Source: Candidatus Poribacteria bacterium
GTDB taxonomy: Bacteria; Poribacteria; WGA-4E; PCPOR2b
Reading direction: 5' to 3'
NCBI GenBank assembly: GCA_965116925.1
Contig: OZ220744.1
Location: forward strand, 3,392,001-3,456,000
DNA: 64,000 nt
A model generated the notes under the pieces. The model did not search any database. It saw only the letters and a list, made by a program, of their open reading frames with translations, and was not told the DNA's origin. This document shows, piece by piece, positions 63,165 through 64,000 of the stretch. The first letter of the stretch is position 1; each line of letters opens with the position of its first letter. The position numbers were made by a program, and so were the translations under genes.

Positions 63165-63900
63165 AGTTTTTTCCCGTATATAATAACGCAAGTTGCTAGT
63201 TATAAAACCCGCTCGGCTCCGACTTCGCCAATCCGTTCTTAGGACTTCAATTTATCGGCAGTACTTGGCTCTGGCTATACACATTGCGCTCCTCATGAAG
63301 ATTAATTTATTAATTGGGTAATTTCCGAGCGATGTCCGGTGCGGTTGGAAACCGCACCTACCGGGTCTGGGGAAATATAGAATTACCCGTTTAATTTCTT
63401 AAAACCCATCTGGAGCGCGGGGATCGAACCTATTGCGGTTCTATAGACATATCGCTCCTCTGGAGCGGAAGCAAAACCCGAAATCGTAGGGGCGAGGTTT
63501 CCTCGTCCATCGGGTTGGGAGACCCAACCCCTACGGATTCAAACTCCCATCCTCTCGTCTTCTCCTTGTTTCTCTTTGCATCCTTGCGCTCTTGCGTTAA
63601 ATTGTTTTTTATAGTAGATTTTAGAATTAATGGGACACGCCAAACCGGTGCGGTTACAAACCGCACCTACCGGGGAGGCGCAAGTGTTTCTTTATTTTTT
63701 GAATTCACTATAATTGCATCAATGCACCAATAACACCATTTGGTTGTCGAGATATGAATCTCGACCTACAATCTCCTTTTGTACCACGATCTGTTAGATT
63801 GTGATCTCAGCCTGCAAACTAACAGTTTGCACTACTTATGGCGGATTACCTGATAATTACAGCATTTACCGAATAAGCAGCTTCAAAGTGTCAACACGCC

Positions 63901-63999
63901 CTAATGAACCGATGCACTATCAACGCGGTGCCGATTGATGAAATCCCAGTCTAATTCTAAGCCCAACCCCGGCTTATCGGTCATGGCGATCTGTCCGTC
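63901..63999 (-). CDS. 3' end of a mandelate racemase/enolase-superfamily protein (truncated by window edge)
   Basis: Manual translation DGQIAMTDKPGLGLELDWDFINRHRVDSASVH*. Confidence 0.6.
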   Translation of the reverse strand, partial: DGQIAMTDKPGLGLELDWDFINRHRVDSASVH

Positions 64000-64000
64000 T

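Overview
Bacterial chromosomal window. The gene mix (five PhyH dioxygenases, Uma2 paralogs, WD40/TPR/HEAT repeat proteins, Gfo/Idh/MocA enzymes) resembles Candidatus Poribacteria-type genomes; this is an inference only. Layout: (1) 1-6.6 kb, an orphan immunity / polymorphic-toxin relic array (SMI1/KNR4 paralogs, an RHS-core remnant, HEAT proteins, lipoproteins). (2) 6.7-18 kb, housekeeping genes (hisF, S41 protease, two Uma2, gatCA, UvrD/PcrA, pbpC). (3) 18.5-33 kb, catabolic genes. (4) 33.5-53 kb, a defence/accessory island (AlbA_2, ParA, PLD-SNF2 helicase, type IIG methylase, FRG+TPR modules, two TA pairs, a GxxExxY nuclease). (5) 53-64 kb, metabolic genes and a DnaA-box cluster. The intergenic DNA is the most unusual part. 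It holds many GTAG-type REP-like hairpins and several MITE families nested inside each other. One 115-117 bp MITE inserts at the exact centre of unrelated hairpins and duplicates 1 nt. A 9-mer-repeat inverted element occurs both empty and wrapped around the GxxExxY gene, and its half-sites mark gene boundaries across the island. No transposase, RAYT, integrase, reverse transcriptase, CRISPR array, rRNA or tRNA was recognised. All family calls are from motif recognition by eye, not database searches.
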